Assembly (NCBI GenBank): GCA_041178425.1
Contig: JBEGVH010000009.1
Span: 1 to 64,000 of the forward strand
Reading direction: 5' to 3'
From: Pseudomonadota bacterium
GTDB lineage: Bacteria > Bdellovibrionota > Bdellovibrionia > Bdellovibrionales > Bdellovibrionaceae
DNA length: 64,000 nucleotides
Shown here piece after piece: positions 18,907 to 29,035 of the stretch. A model generated the notes under the pieces. The model did no database searches. It saw only the letters and a list, made by a program, of their open reading frames with translations, and was not told the origin of the DNA. The position numbers were made by a program, and so were the translations under genes. Positions within the stretch are counted from its first letter, which is position 1. Every line of letters starts with the position of its first letter.

Positions 18907-18930
18907 GCCGCAAATCTACCACATTGCGTT

Positions 18931-18959
18931 GAAGGAGCTTCTTCCCCGAAGCTCCTTTT
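18931..18959 (+). terminator. Intrinsic terminator of the glt-like cluster
   Basis: AAGGAGCTTC-ttcccc-GAAGCTCCTT-TT. Confidence 0.7.
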
Positions 18960-19232
18960 CCCTGCCCTGAGAATCTTCAGGCGCCAAACTAAAATTATGT
19001 TAAAATAAAGTTCATTGAGTTAGTTTTCTGAGCAACTGTAAAACATTTTTCCACTCCGCCAAAAGGATCCATACCCCATTTAACAGCAAATCGTTCGCTA
19101 AAGAGGCACAAAGCTTGAATTGCTAAAAGAAGATAATGAAACCAGTGAGCAATAAAGACGCTGTGCGCATCAGATAGCTCATTGAAATTTCAAACGAAAT
19201 TGATTTATTATCCATTATCTTTAGGAGGATAA

Positions 19233-19679
19233 ATGAATATCTTGAAAAACTCTCCACTGAGAAATTCTCGCGGTATGACTCTCGTGGAAATCCTTATCGT
19301 TCTAGCCATCGTCGGCACCCTCATGGCTGTGATCGGTGGCAACGTCATGGGCAAATTTGAAAAAGCGAAACGTAAAACGACAGGCATCATCTTGGAAAAC
19401 GTCTCGAACGCCATCCAAACTTATAACTCCGATTGTGGCAAACTTCCTCCTACCTTGGGCGCCCTCATTGAAAACCCAGGAGCCGAATGCGCCGACTGGG
19501 GACCTGAACCATACATCAAAAAAGATATGCTAAAGGATGCGTGGAAGCATGACCTCGTTTATGAAACCGACGGCGGTAATTTTACTTTAAAAAGCTTAGG
19601 TAAAGATGGTCGTGAAGGCGGAAGCAAGAACGACAAAGACATCTACTACGACGAAAAAGACGCCAGTTCAGAGAAATAA
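19233..19679 (+). CDS. gspG: T2SS major pseudopilin
   Basis: RG|MTLVEILIV prepilin motif; WGPEPY, DAWKH, SLGKDGREGG...DI. Confidence 0.88.
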   Translation: MNILKNSPLRNSRGMTLVEILIVLAIVGTLMAVIGGNVMGKFEKAKRKTTGIILENVSNAIQTYNSDCGKLPPTLGALIENPGAECADWGPEPYIKKDMLKDAWKHDLVYETDGGNFTLKSLGKDGREGGSKNDKDIYYDEKDASSEK

Positions 19680-19706
19680 GATTTTAAATTTAATTTGAAT
19701 TACGAT

Positions 19707-19738
19707 AAGCCCCTTTGTACCGCAAAGGGGCTTTTTTG
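19707..19738 (+). terminator. Intrinsic terminator after gspG
   Basis: AAGCCCCTTTG...CAAAGGGGCTT-TTTT. Confidence 0.85.
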
Positions 19739-19756
19739 TATCTTTTTTTTGATTGT

Positions 19757-19785
19757 TTGACGTCGAATTGCCGCCTTTCTACAAT
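19757..19785 (+). promoter_or_regulatory. Sigma70-type promoter for gspH-N
   Basis: TTGACG-17-TACAAT, 6 nt before ATG 19792. Confidence 0.65.
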
Positions 19786-19791
19786 GCAATC

Positions 19792-20400
19792 ATGTTCATT
19801 AAAAACCAGAAAGCCATGACACTCATTGAAATTCTCGTTGTTCTTGCCATCTTGGGCGTCTTGGCCGTTGCTGGCGTTCAGCGTCTACGCCGAACCGAAA
19901 ATCTTCGAACGGCCGTTCGGCAACTCTCGACAGTTCTCAAAAAGACCCGTGGTTTTTCTAAGCTCAGCGGCAAAACCTATCGTCTTGTTTTTAAAAAGGA
20001 TGACAAAGAGGGCGATAGCTATTGGGCTGAAAGCTCAAACCAAACCCATCTTATTGATCCAAAAGCCGACGATAAATACAAACTCAGCATGGACAAAGAG
20101 AAAGAAGAAGAACTTCAACGAAAAGCCAGTGGTGGCTTTCAACCGGCCACTGATATTATTAAAAAGCCAAAGACTCTTCCCAAGGGTTGGTCGTTTGCAA
20201 AAATTGAGTCCTCTGGGAATCCTGAAAAAGAAACCGGAGATATGACCTTTGTTTACTTTTTTCCACAAGGCGTCTCCGAAGAAGCCATCATTCAGCTGAC
20301 AAACAAAAATAAAACTACTTGGACCATCCACCTCAATCCTCTTCTCAGCAGTCCCGACATTTTTGAAGAAGAGAAAGTTCTCAAGGACTTTGCGCAATGA
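19792..20400 (+). CDS. gspH: T2SS minor pseudopilin GspH-like
   Basis: A|MTLIEILVV motif; YFFPQG; position after gspG. Confidence 0.75.
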   Translation: MFIKNQKAMTLIEILVVLAILGVLAVAGVQRLRRTENLRTAVRQLSTVLKKTRGFSKLSGKTYRLVFKKDDKEGDSYWAESSNQTHLIDPKADDKYKLSMDKEKEEELQRKASGGFQPATDIIKKPKTLPKGWSFAKIESSGNPEKETGDMTFVYFFPQGVSEEAIIQLTNKNKTTWTIHLNPLLSSPDIFEEEKVLKDFAQ

Positions 20401-20900
20401 CGAACAACAAATACTTTTTTAAATCTTCGGGATTTACCCTAATAGAAGCCCTCATCGCCATGACGATTCTTTCGGGGGCAATGCTACTCCTCTCTCAAAC
20501 CTGGGGAGGAGCTTTTCGATCCATCAAAAAGGCAAAGCAGCAATACGAAGTGTCGCTTTTACTGGAGCGCAAACTCACAGAGCTCGATCTAGAGTTTCGC
20601 GGCAAGCCCCTTACAGAAATACCTGAAGAACGCGAGGAAGATTTTGGTAAAGAGTATCCTGAAGCCAAATGGAAAATGAAGTCAAAAGAGTTTGAGTTTC
20701 CTGACATCTCACCGCTCCTAAAATCGGGCGACGGCAATTCAGACGAAATGACCATGATGATTTTTAAAAAGCTCGCCGATAACTTTAAAAAAACGGTAAA
20801 AGAGGTCAAAGTAACTGTGATGGTAAAAGAAGGGAAAAAAACAAAAGAGTTTAGTGCGGTCACTTATTTTGTCGACTACGATCAACCATTAACGCTCTAG
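20397..20900 (+). CDS. gspI: T2SS minor pseudopilin GspI-like
   Basis: G|FTLIEALIAM motif; ATGA overlap with the upstream gene. Confidence 0.75.
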   Translation: MTNNKYFFKSSGFTLIEALIAMTILSGAMLLLSQTWGGAFRSIKKAKQQYEVSLLLERKLTELDLEFRGKPLTEIPEEREEDFGKEYPEAKWKMKSKEFEFPDISPLLKSGDGNSDEMTMMIFKKLADNFKKTVKEVKVTVMVKEGKKTKEFSAVTYFVDYDQPLTL

Positions 20901-20912
20901 GGGACCTCAGGC

Positions 20913-21854
20913 ATGTCAAAAAATCGAGGATTCACTCTTATAGAAACGATTATAACCCTGGTGATCATGGCTGTTCTCACAACTTTAGCGGCTCGAACCA
21001 TTCAACAGGCATTTAGTGCGAAAGCTAAAATTCAAGATCAAATCGATTTAGTGGGTCAAGTCAAAGACACCCTTCGCCTTCTTGAACGCGACGTCAACTT
21101 GGCATTTCATTACCAAGATTTTGAAAAAGAGACCAAAGAAAACCTTCAAAAAGATATAAATAAAAAATGTCAACCTCAGCAGCAACAGGGGCAGCAAGGG
21201 CAACAGCAAGGTCAAGCTCAGGGCCAACAACAAGGGCAACAACAAAATCAACCGCAAGCGCCACAAGGCGCTAATCCTGTTTGCAAAACCCAGGGCTACG
21301 ATAAAGCTTATTTAGTGAAAACTGAAAATCGCTCCGACCCAGTCACCCAATTTGTGGCCAAAGAAAACTCTCTCAACTTTGTCACGTCTAACAGCGTGCG
21401 CTTTATGAAAGACTCTCCACAAGCCGATTTTGGAGAGGTTGGGTATTTTTTGGAGGCCTGCAAAAATCGACCCGATAAAAAATTTGAGTCGGGCCAATGT
21501 CTTTTTCGCCGTTTTTCTCCCCTCCTCGACAAAGATGTCACCAAGGGAGGGTCTGTCACTCAACTCATTTCGGACGTAAGCGAATTTAAGGTAAAGTATT
21601 ACTCGAAACTGCAAAAAGATTGGCGAGACGATTGGAACTCCAATGATGATGGCGGGGAAGCGATGACCAAAGGCCGCTACCCGGAAGCTCTCGAAGTCAA
21701 TCTCACCGTGGAACCGCCAGTTAAATCGGCCAGCGCTAATGCTAAAGGAAAAAAGAAAAAGGTCAGCATTCAAATGATTATTCCTATTCATTTTCCCAAC
21801 AACAAGGAAACCAATGAAAACCCGAATGGCCAAACTCAAATTATTAATCAGTAA
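20913..21854 (+). CDS. gspJ: T2SS minor pseudopilin GspJ-like with Gln-rich insert
   Basis: G|FTLIETII motif; LERDV; EVGY; DWNS...YPEALEV. Confidence 0.75.
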   Translation: MSKNRGFTLIETIITLVIMAVLTTLAARTIQQAFSAKAKIQDQIDLVGQVKDTLRLLERDVNLAFHYQDFEKETKENLQKDINKKCQPQQQQGQQGQQQGQAQGQQQGQQQNQPQAPQGANPVCKTQGYDKAYLVKTENRSDPVTQFVAKENSLNFVTSNSVRFMKDSPQADFGEVGYFLEACKNRPDKKFESGQCLFRRFSPLLDKDVTKGGSVTQLISDVSEFKVKYYSKLQKDWRDDWNSNDDGGEAMTKGRYPEALEVNLTVEPPVKSASANAKGKKKKVSIQMIIPIHFPNNKETNENPNGQTQIINQ

Positions 21855-23064
21855 CCCCTTCGGACTAAACAATTCGAAGGGCGTTGCTCTCCTTCAGGCC
21901 ATGTTTATGGTGATGCTCATCACTTTTATTGTGAACCAAGTAAACTTTGAGGCGGCCGTTGAATATTCAGTTAATGCGCAATCTCTTCATCGGGTACGCG
22001 CCTATCAGGCCGCAAGAGCGGGCCTAGAGCTAAGCCTCCTACGAATTAAAATTTATCAACGGCTCATGAATGGCGAAGCAGGGGTTCCAAAGGAGCAAAT
22101 AGGAAGTATCGCCAAAATGATTTATTCGATTCCTGTGAGCTGGCCCATGACTCTTCCGTCAGACCTGTCTGCCGTTGACAAAGATGGTTTTGAAAAACTC
22201 AATAAAGAATCTCTCATGGAATCTACCTATTCAACGCAAATTCAATCCGAAGACCTTCTTAATATCAATGATTTGGCTTCACCGATTCAAAGCCAGAGAG
22301 ACCGAATCAAAAATAAACTCAAAGATTTGTTTGAATCCAAAATGGAGAATGACAAAGACTGGGCTGAGCAAAATCGTGGTATTGCTTTTGAGGAAGTCAT
22401 CAATAACATTCAAGACTGGATCGATAGCGATACGGAGAGTGGCAACGGCGGTAACGAACGCGATATTTATGGTAAGTTGCGCGAACTCGACCCAGACAAC
22501 AGAGATAATTTTCCGCCCAATCGTTATTTTCGCTCAATGGATGAACTCCATATGGTTCCTGGTGTGACGGATGAAATCTTTGAAATTATTAAAACCTCAT
22601 TTTCAGTTTTTGGCCCCATGGGTATCAATCCCAACTACGCGGAGGCTGATACTATTAAAGCTCTCCATAAATCCCTCACAGATGAGATTGTCGCGAAAGT
22701 TTTACAGCGTCGTAATGACCCTGAAGAGGGCGGTCCTTTCACCAGCGAAGACGACTTTTTCGATTTTGTGAACAGCAAAGGGGCGCGTATTGGCGACGAG
22801 AGCAAAGAGATTCCACTACGCTTTACCGAACCTTGTAACTTTAGAATTCAGTCAACAGGTGCCAGCGGAAAAACGGTTTCTACAATTACCGCTATCACTT
22901 ATGATTTTTCTTGTGCCACCGAAACTGTGAGCAAAAAATTAAACTCCACTGAAGGCGGGGGCCAAGGCGGAGGCAATGGAACCGGCGGCCAGCCTAACGA
23001 CCAGGGCTCCAGACAATCCCTTCCCAAAGGTCCGCCTCGCATCGTATATTGGAATGAGAAATAA
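21814..23064 (+). CDS. gspK: T2SS pseudopilin GspK; start may be ATG 21826
   Basis: KG|VALL, LNIN, IQDWIDSD, FRSMDELHMVPGV, INPNYA. Confidence 0.85.
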   Translation: MKTRMAKLKLLISNPFGLNNSKGVALLQAMFMVMLITFIVNQVNFEAAVEYSVNAQSLHRVRAYQAARAGLELSLLRIKIYQRLMNGEAGVPKEQIGSIAKMIYSIPVSWPMTLPSDLSAVDKDGFEKLNKESLMESTYSTQIQSEDLLNINDLASPIQSQRDRIKNKLKDLFESKMENDKDWAEQNRGIAFEEVINNIQDWIDSDTESGNGGNERDIYGKLRELDPDNRDNFPPNRYFRSMDELHMVPGVTDEIFEIIKTSFSVFGPMGINPNYAEADTIKALHKSLTDEIVAKVLQRRNDPEEGGPFTSEDDFFDFVNSKGARIGDESKEIPLRFTEPCNFRIQSTGASGKTVSTITAITYDFSCATETVSKKLNSTEGGGQGGGNGTGGQPNDQGSRQSLPKGPPRIVYWNEK

Positions 23065-23088
23065 CTCCACAACACCGAGGGTCTTTTC

Positions 23089-24789
23089 GTGCGCTCAGTT
23101 GGAATTGATATTGGCTCTTATTCCGTAAAAGTCTGTGTGGTAAACTCCACGAAAAAGGGATTATATCTCGAGCAATTCAGTGAGAAAGTTCTTCTGAGTG
23201 CAAACCCTTTTGATCGAAACCTGGAGATTATTGAGTTTTTAAGATCAGAGATCGCAAACCTAGACCCCTCCCAAATTAGGTTTGTCGCTTCAATTCCCCA
23301 AGACTTAGTAAGTGTGCACACTAAGATTTTTCCGTTTAAGGATCGCCTCAAAATCATTAAGAGCCTTCCCTTTGAACTCGAAGAAGACACCCCCTTCAAT
23401 CCTGATGAGACCGTCTTTGATGGCCGAACGATTCGAGTAGAAGCAACCCAGTCCGAGGTTTTGGCCTGCGCTTGTCCTAAAGAGACCGTTAAACAGTATG
23501 TTCAACTGATGTCTGACTCTGGGGTGACTTTGAGTCTCTTGACTCCCGAAGGTCTCGCCTTTGCTAACCATTTCGAAAAATGGTCGGAGCCTGTACCGGT
23601 GGTTCCTTTCATTGACGATCCGTCGATTCCTTCAGAAATCCCAAGGCCGCCTCGAACCTGCCAGGCCCTATTAAATATGGGGCATACCCATACGACATTA
23701 CTCGTTCTTGAAGATGGAAAAATTGTCGATGTACGTAGCCTTTCATGGGGAGGCGACTCGATCGCACGAACTATTCAAGAAAAATATAATATTTCCTACG
23801 CCGAGGCTTTAAAGCAGCTCCAAGCCAACGCCTTCATCCTCACCTCAAATGAAGGTGCCGATGCCGACCAAATTTTCTTTTCAAACTTGATTGCCGGATC
23901 TGTAAATGAGCTCATTAGAGAGCTTCGATTGGTTTTTCTCGAAATCCAAGCCTCTGCCAATGTCACGATCCTCGGCTGTAAAATGACAGGTGGAACGAGT
24001 CGTATCCAAAATCTAGCCCCTTACCTGACTCAAAATCTCGAATTGCCCGTCAATAAGTATTCAGTGCTCGACCAATTTCCGAACACTAACTTTGAGAAGA
24101 CACCTAAGACAGACTCTATTATCGCAAGTTCAATTGGTCTTGCAATCGAAGGTCTTCGTAAGCCAAGGAACCCTGCTGTCTCTTTTTTAAGAGGCGAGTT
24201 CGCCATTCAATCACACGCGTTTCAGAATTTTGTAGACACCTGGGCCACCACACTCAAATTTGCATCGATGTTGGTGATTATGCTCTACGTATACGCCAGC
24301 GTTCGCGAATCGGCCGCACTCACTATGGCCGAACAAGCCGATCAAGTGATGAAGGAGCAAGCTCAAACGATTGCCAAGCTCAAGGGCTCGAAGGCTACTG
24401 AGCAAGGAATTGAAAAATTCATCAGTCAAAAACGTAAAACGATTAAGGAACTAAAGGATCTCGAAAGCTTTGTTGCAATGAATTCGGCCCTTGAAATTCT
24501 AAAAAAAGTGAATGATGCCGCTCCCGGACGATCCACTCTTCGCATGGAGGTTCGTCAATTCAGCGTCAAAGACGGAAAAGTTCGCTTAGAGGGATACGTG
24601 GCGACTCTCAAAGATACAAAAATCCTTCAAGATACCTTGGTTAGTTTAGCCACTGACCGCAAGATTAATCCCGTTCAGGCTAGTTTTGCTGTTCCCGCCG
24701 GTAAGATTCCCTTCGGATTCGAATTCACTGTAGATAGAAATGTTAAAGTTTCGAAAGGCGCTGAAAAGGCCGGGAGAAGCAAACTGTGA
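23089..24789 (+). CDS. gspL: T2SS GspL (PilM-like actin fold plus TM and periplasmic domain)
   Basis: VGIDIGSYSVK, MGHTHT, TGGTS; TM segment; position in operon. Confidence 0.75.
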   Translation: MRSVGIDIGSYSVKVCVVNSTKKGLYLEQFSEKVLLSANPFDRNLEIIEFLRSEIANLDPSQIRFVASIPQDLVSVHTKIFPFKDRLKIIKSLPFELEEDTPFNPDETVFDGRTIRVEATQSEVLACACPKETVKQYVQLMSDSGVTLSLLTPEGLAFANHFEKWSEPVPVVPFIDDPSIPSEIPRPPRTCQALLNMGHTHTTLLVLEDGKIVDVRSLSWGGDSIARTIQEKYNISYAEALKQLQANAFILTSNEGADADQIFFSNLIAGSVNELIRELRLVFLEIQASANVTILGCKMTGGTSRIQNLAPYLTQNLELPVNKYSVLDQFPNTNFEKTPKTDSIIASSIGLAIEGLRKPRNPAVSFLRGEFAIQSHAFQNFVDTWATTLKFASMLVIMLYVYASVRESAALTMAEQADQVMKEQAQTIAKLKGSKATEQGIEKFISQKRKTIKELKDLESFVAMNSALEILKKVNDAAPGRSTLRMEVRQFSVKDGKVRLEGYVATLKDTKILQDTLVSLATDRKINPVQASFAVPAGKIPFGFEFTVDRNVKVSKGAEKAGRSKL

Positions 24790-25475
24790 ACTTTAATGAT
24801 ATTCTTGAGCAAATCAAAGACCGGTTAAAAAGTATTTTTCAGCAAGTGCAAGAATCTGCCGCTTTTCAACAGGCCCTTGAAAAATATGAAGACCTACCCT
24901 CACCTCAACAAAGATTGATTCGGATTGGCGGAGGAACGCTCTTTGTTCTCTTTCTGTTGAGCCCGCCCATTACAACATGGCTTAGCAGCGAAGAATCCGT
25001 CGATGAATTTGTTCGAAAAAGAGATGTCACCCGATCGTTGCTCAGTGTGGTGCGAGATGCGGCTAATGCGCCAAACATTCCACCAGCTCCAGATTTGTTT
25101 TCTTTGCAGAATCGTTTTCAACAAGAGCTTCAACAGAGAGACAAATTACTCCCTGAACAAATTTATTCATTGCAGGCGTCCTCTGACCCCGGAGTTATTA
25201 TTCCAAAAAGCCTTTCTCTTGGGGCCCTAACTGTGAATCTTCGCGACTTAAACTTGAGACAAATTCTCGATATTGGATACCGTCTGGCAACTGTCGCACC
25301 AACCGTAAAAATGACAGACATCGAACTCACTGCCAGCACCGACAAACCAGGGTATTTTCATTTTAATGCCAAGGTAGTCGCGCTTAAAGCTCCGGAACCG
25401 CCAAAATTTGAACCCGAAGAGCCAGAGCTAAAGAAGGGTCGCTCGCGAAAATCCAATGTTGAGGAAGAAGAATAA
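24786..25475 (+). CDS. gspM: T2SS GspM-like protein
   Basis: Single N-terminal TM; lies between gspL and gspN. Confidence 0.55.
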   Translation: MNFNDILEQIKDRLKSIFQQVQESAAFQQALEKYEDLPSPQQRLIRIGGGTLFVLFLLSPPITTWLSSEESVDEFVRKRDVTRSLLSVVRDAANAPNIPPAPDLFSLQNRFQQELQQRDKLLPEQIYSLQASSDPGVIIPKSLSLGALTVNLRDLNLRQILDIGYRLATVAPTVKMTDIELTASTDKPGYFHFNAKVVALKAPEPPKFEPEEPELKKGRSRKSNVEEEE

Positions 25476-26434
25476 TGGATAAGCAAAGCCTCTTTGCCCT
25501 CTTAAAAAAACTTCGTGGCCCATTTTTCTTATCGATTTTATTTACCTTGATTTGGTTTGTCGTTCTCTTTCCGACGTCCGACCTAGGAGATCTCGTTTCG
25601 ACAAAAGTTTCTGAATTCACTCAAAACCAAGTTTTTTTGCAATTTGATGAATTTAGCTTTGATGTTGCGCCTCCTGGAGTAGAGTTTTCGAATGTTTTTT
25701 TAGAATCACCGTTTTTTCCTGGTTTCAGCGCAGAAACTATTTCTATCGCTCCCTCCGTCTCGGGAATGATTTCTCAGAAACCCTATGGCACGGTCAAAGC
25801 GCAGGGCTTTCTTGATGGAACAATTTCGGCCACAGTAAAAAAAGGCCAAGCCACCGACGCGGGTGTCGAGCGCCATCGCCTTCTCTTAGACGTTGAAAAA
25901 ATAAGCCTTGCTTCGGTCCGGGAGATGTTAAAATGGACCACTGCTTTTGAAGGACGAATCAGCCTCACTGCCGACGGTCAGGGGGATCTCGCCCTCAATG
26001 AACAACCCGATGTTGATCTCAAACTAGAAGTTGATAAGTTTGCACTGCCTCCGGCCACCATCAATACAATGATGGGACCACTCACTCTTCCCGACATGAA
26101 ATTAGGAATCATCCATTTGAAGGGTCGTCTTTCTAACGGCAAGTTCTTGATTGAATCAGGCGAAATCGGAAAGAAACAAGACGATCTCTTTGGTAAAATA
26201 AAGGGCTCGTGGAATGTTCAACTGATGATGATGGGCGGACGCCCAGTTCCTCAACTTGGAGCTTATGATTTTGAAGTTGATTTAGTGGCCAACAAGCAGT
26301 TTCAAGCGAAAGCTGGGCTTTTCTTAAGCCTCCTCGATCAGTACAAAACCATGACGGGGGACGGAGCTCGTTACCAATTTAAAGTATCAGGGGCCGACCT
26401 CTACAACCCACCCAGTATCAATGCCACTCGATAA
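25475..26434 (+). CDS. gspN: T2SS GspN-like protein
   Basis: N-terminal TM ending LFP, beta-rich body; last gene of operon. Confidence 0.7.
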   Translation: MDKQSLFALLKKLRGPFFLSILFTLIWFVVLFPTSDLGDLVSTKVSEFTQNQVFLQFDEFSFDVAPPGVEFSNVFLESPFFPGFSAETISIAPSVSGMISQKPYGTVKAQGFLDGTISATVKKGQATDAGVERHRLLLDVEKISLASVREMLKWTTAFEGRISLTADGQGDLALNEQPDVDLKLEVDKFALPPATINTMMGPLTLPDMKLGIIHLKGRLSNGKFLIESGEIGKKQDDLFGKIKGSWNVQLMMMGGRPVPQLGAYDFEVDLVANKQFQAKAGLFLSLLDQYKTMTGDGARYQFKVSGADLYNPPSINATR

Positions 26435-26658
26435 GTGATCACTGCTCTATTTGTGGTCACTTCTTACATCTCAATTTAACGCTAAACGTTAATCCCTGTC
26501 CGGTTTCCGCAGAGCGGCTCTCCTCGTCTCTCAAATCCCCGTCAGTTGGTTTTCATAGGTCTTTGAATTTTGCAAAAAGCTCCTTGCACGCAAAACAATA
26601 ATCGGTGACAAGAATCTACTGATTAAAACTTGTTGCCCAATTTTTAGGAGGCTTATTT

Positions 26659-27108
26659 ATGGCTGGTATTAATAAAGTGATCTTGGTTGGACACCTCGGC
26701 AAAGATCCTGAAGTTCGTCAAATCGCTCCCAATCAAACGGTTTGTCAATTTCGTATCGCAACTAGTGAAAACTGGGTTGATAAATCCGGACAAAAACAAG
26801 AGCGAACTGAATGGCATAGCATCGTTGTTTGGGGGAAAATGGCTGATATCTGCGGAAAGTATCTCGCTAAAGGACGCCAAGTTTATGTCGAAGGACGTCT
26901 ACAAACACGCTCTTGGGAAGACCAACAAGGTCAAAAGCGCTACACAACAGAAATCGTTGCGAGCACTGTTCAGTTCCTTGGCGGTATGGGTGCTGAGCGC
27001 TCGGCGGGCGGAGCTTCTGCCAACGCTGGTTTTGGAAGCTCTAACTACGGCCCAACTGATTTTGGTCCAGAGCCAACATTCGACACCAACGACGAAATTC
27101 CTTTTTAA
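26659..27108 (+). CDS. ssb: Single-stranded DNA-binding protein
   Basis: [32 protein letters not shown]-terminal DEIPF. Confidence 0.98.
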   Translation: MAGINKVILVGHLGKDPEVRQIAPNQTVCQFRIATSENWVDKSGQKQERTEWHSIVVWGKMADICGKYLAKGRQVYVEGRLQTRSWEDQQGQKRYTTEIVASTVQFLGGMGAERSAGGASANAGFGSSNYGPTDFGPEPTFDTNDEIPF

Positions 27109-27165
27109 ATAAATTCGAACCTTGGTCTAATTGTTTATTGCACCGAGACACGAGAGAATGGAAGA

Positions 27166-28020
27166 GTGAAAACTCTTCCATTTTTTTTATTTAGAATGTC
27201 ACTCAGCTCTCTGATTGGATTTTCATCGATGGGAATCGCTGGAACCGTCACCAACAAAACCGCCAATCAAGTTCTCATCGACTTTCAAGGCGAATCAGTA
27301 CCCTCTGTAAAATCACAATACCATGTTCTCGATCAGAGCACGCATAAAGAAATTGGTCTTGTTGAAGTTGTTCAAGTTCAAGGAACGCGGGTGATGAGTC
27401 GTATTCTCCAAGGGACGGCTAAACCCGGAGATCGCACTGATGTGTACTGGAAGGCACCCAGCATAGCCAAGCAAACGCAACAAGGTCGAAACCCAGCAGA
27501 AACAATCCCTGCTAAAAAAGCCCTAAAAAAGAAAACGTCGAAAAAAGGTAAATCCAAATTTGGCGTTGGGGTAAATATTGTTTACACCTCCTTTTATATT
27601 AAAAATGAACTTGGCAGTGGTTCCATCTCAGGAATCAGCGGAGGTTTTCGTGTGGCCTACGATATTCCGGCGACCAAATGGCTTGCGTTTACAACCCTCG
27701 TAGGATTCCATCCCCAAAGCGCTAAAGCGGCTCTCGCCGAAGTGAATCTTGAGAAAAATGCTAGCTATTTAGCTCTTGAGGGCTTGGGACGAATTATCGT
27801 GGATAAAAGCAATCGGGGTTTTTGGATTGGTGGAGGAGTTGGCTATTACATGCCTATCGCTTATAAAGGGGCGACTAAACCCAATAGTGAAGTCGATCTT
27901 TTAGGATCCATGGGTTTTAATATACCCTTTGGCAAAAATTATTTAAGCCTCAAAGGGGATCTTATTCTTCTCGAAAATAACTCTTATCAAATGGTAGGAG
28001 GCGGAGTTTATTACTTTTGA
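27166..28020 (+). CDS. Exported protein with small N-terminal beta domain and C-terminal OM beta-barrel
   Basis: Signal peptide; amphipathic beta strands; ends GGVYYF. Confidence 0.7.
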   Translation: MKTLPFFLFRMSLSSLIGFSSMGIAGTVTNKTANQVLIDFQGESVPSVKSQYHVLDQSTHKEIGLVEVVQVQGTRVMSRILQGTAKPGDRTDVYWKAPSIAKQTQQGRNPAETIPAKKALKKKTSKKGKSKFGVGVNIVYTSFYIKNELGSGSISGISGGFRVAYDIPATKWLAFTTLVGFHPQSAKAALAEVNLEKNASYLALEGLGRIIVDKSNRGFWIGGGVGYYMPIAYKGATKPNSEVDLLGSMGFNIPFGKNYLSLKGDLILLENNSYQMVGGGVYYF

Positions 28021-29024
28021 AAACTCTCTCATCGTTTTTCTTAATTTTTTTATTCCTAACCTCAAGTGTTCCTGCTCTCGCCGGACGCATCACTAAAGTT
28101 CGTGGGCGCCAAGCCGTGGTGCAAATGTCGGGAGACGAATTCTTGCGCTTGCGGCAACGAATTGTATTGGCAAACCCTAATACGGGCGATCGAATTGGAA
28201 TTTTAGAAATCACTCGCAAAAAAGGAAACCGAGCTCTCGGCAATATCATCAAGGGCCGAGCTCGCGTGGGAGCACTCACATCTCCCCTCAGAGGCCAGGG
28301 AGAATTAGAGGAAGAGTATAACGAACCTTCCTCCAATTTAGCCGACAACAATTTTGATGACTCCTTCGGTAAAGATGACTTTTCTGCCGATTCAAATAGT
28401 CAATCAGACCAAGAAAGGGAGCTTGCATCTATCGACGATGATGCGACTAATCCTTTTGAGACCAGCGGTAATATCGTAGCCGACCCAACGCCAAAACACA
28501 CTAACAGAGGCCTATGGGGTTTTGGTTTGGGAATTTCGCCAACAACTATCAAAGTCCAAGAGGGCACTTATCGCAATCATTTAAAGGGGAACAACTTTCT
28601 TGTAAAAATAAATTACGACAAGCCCCTTCGCCGCCTCGTCAGCGTTCTTCTGGGAGCCGGCACCCTGCCCATCAGCGGCAGCGAACCCGATACACTGTTG
28701 GGAACAGCAAAAATGGAAGTGAACTATCTTTCTTTCGAAGGAAACCTTCGACTCAATTTTTCGGGCAAAGCCTCGGAAGGACTTTGGGTGGGCGGCGGAT
28801 TGAACTATCTCAAATCAACATCACCAGGCTCCAGTAATGTTGTTGACCCATCAAGCATGGGTGACCGTGTTCTATACCAAATCAGCGCTGGCTATAACAG
28901 TGGAATGAGTGCGGAATATCTCATGTACCGGGCTGATATTCTCATGCACCCCTCATCAACGTCGAGCCGTAATTCTGTCAACATCTCACAAACTATTTTT
29001 AGCGCCGTTTATTTTTTTAATTAA
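28017..29024 (+). CDS. Paralogous exported OM beta-barrel protein with acidic linker
   Basis: Same layout as the upstream gene (IG(I/L)xE.., YLxxEG..R, G(F/L)W(I/V)GGG); ends VYFFN. Confidence 0.7.
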   Translation: MKTLSSFFLIFLFLTSSVPALAGRITKVRGRQAVVQMSGDEFLRLRQRIVLANPNTGDRIGILEITRKKGNRALGNIIKGRARVGALTSPLRGQGELEEEYNEPSSNLADNNFDDSFGKDDFSADSNSQSDQERELASIDDDATNPFETSGNIVADPTPKHTNRGLWGFGLGISPTTIKVQEGTYRNHLKGNNFLVKINYDKPLRRLVSVLLGAGTLPISGSEPDTLLGTAKMEVNYLSFEGNLRLNFSGKASEGLWVGGGLNYLKSTSPGSSNVVDPSSMGDRVLYQISAGYNSGMSAEYLMYRADILMHPSSTSSRNSVNISQTIFSAVYFFN

Positions 29025-29035
29025 ACTCCACCACT

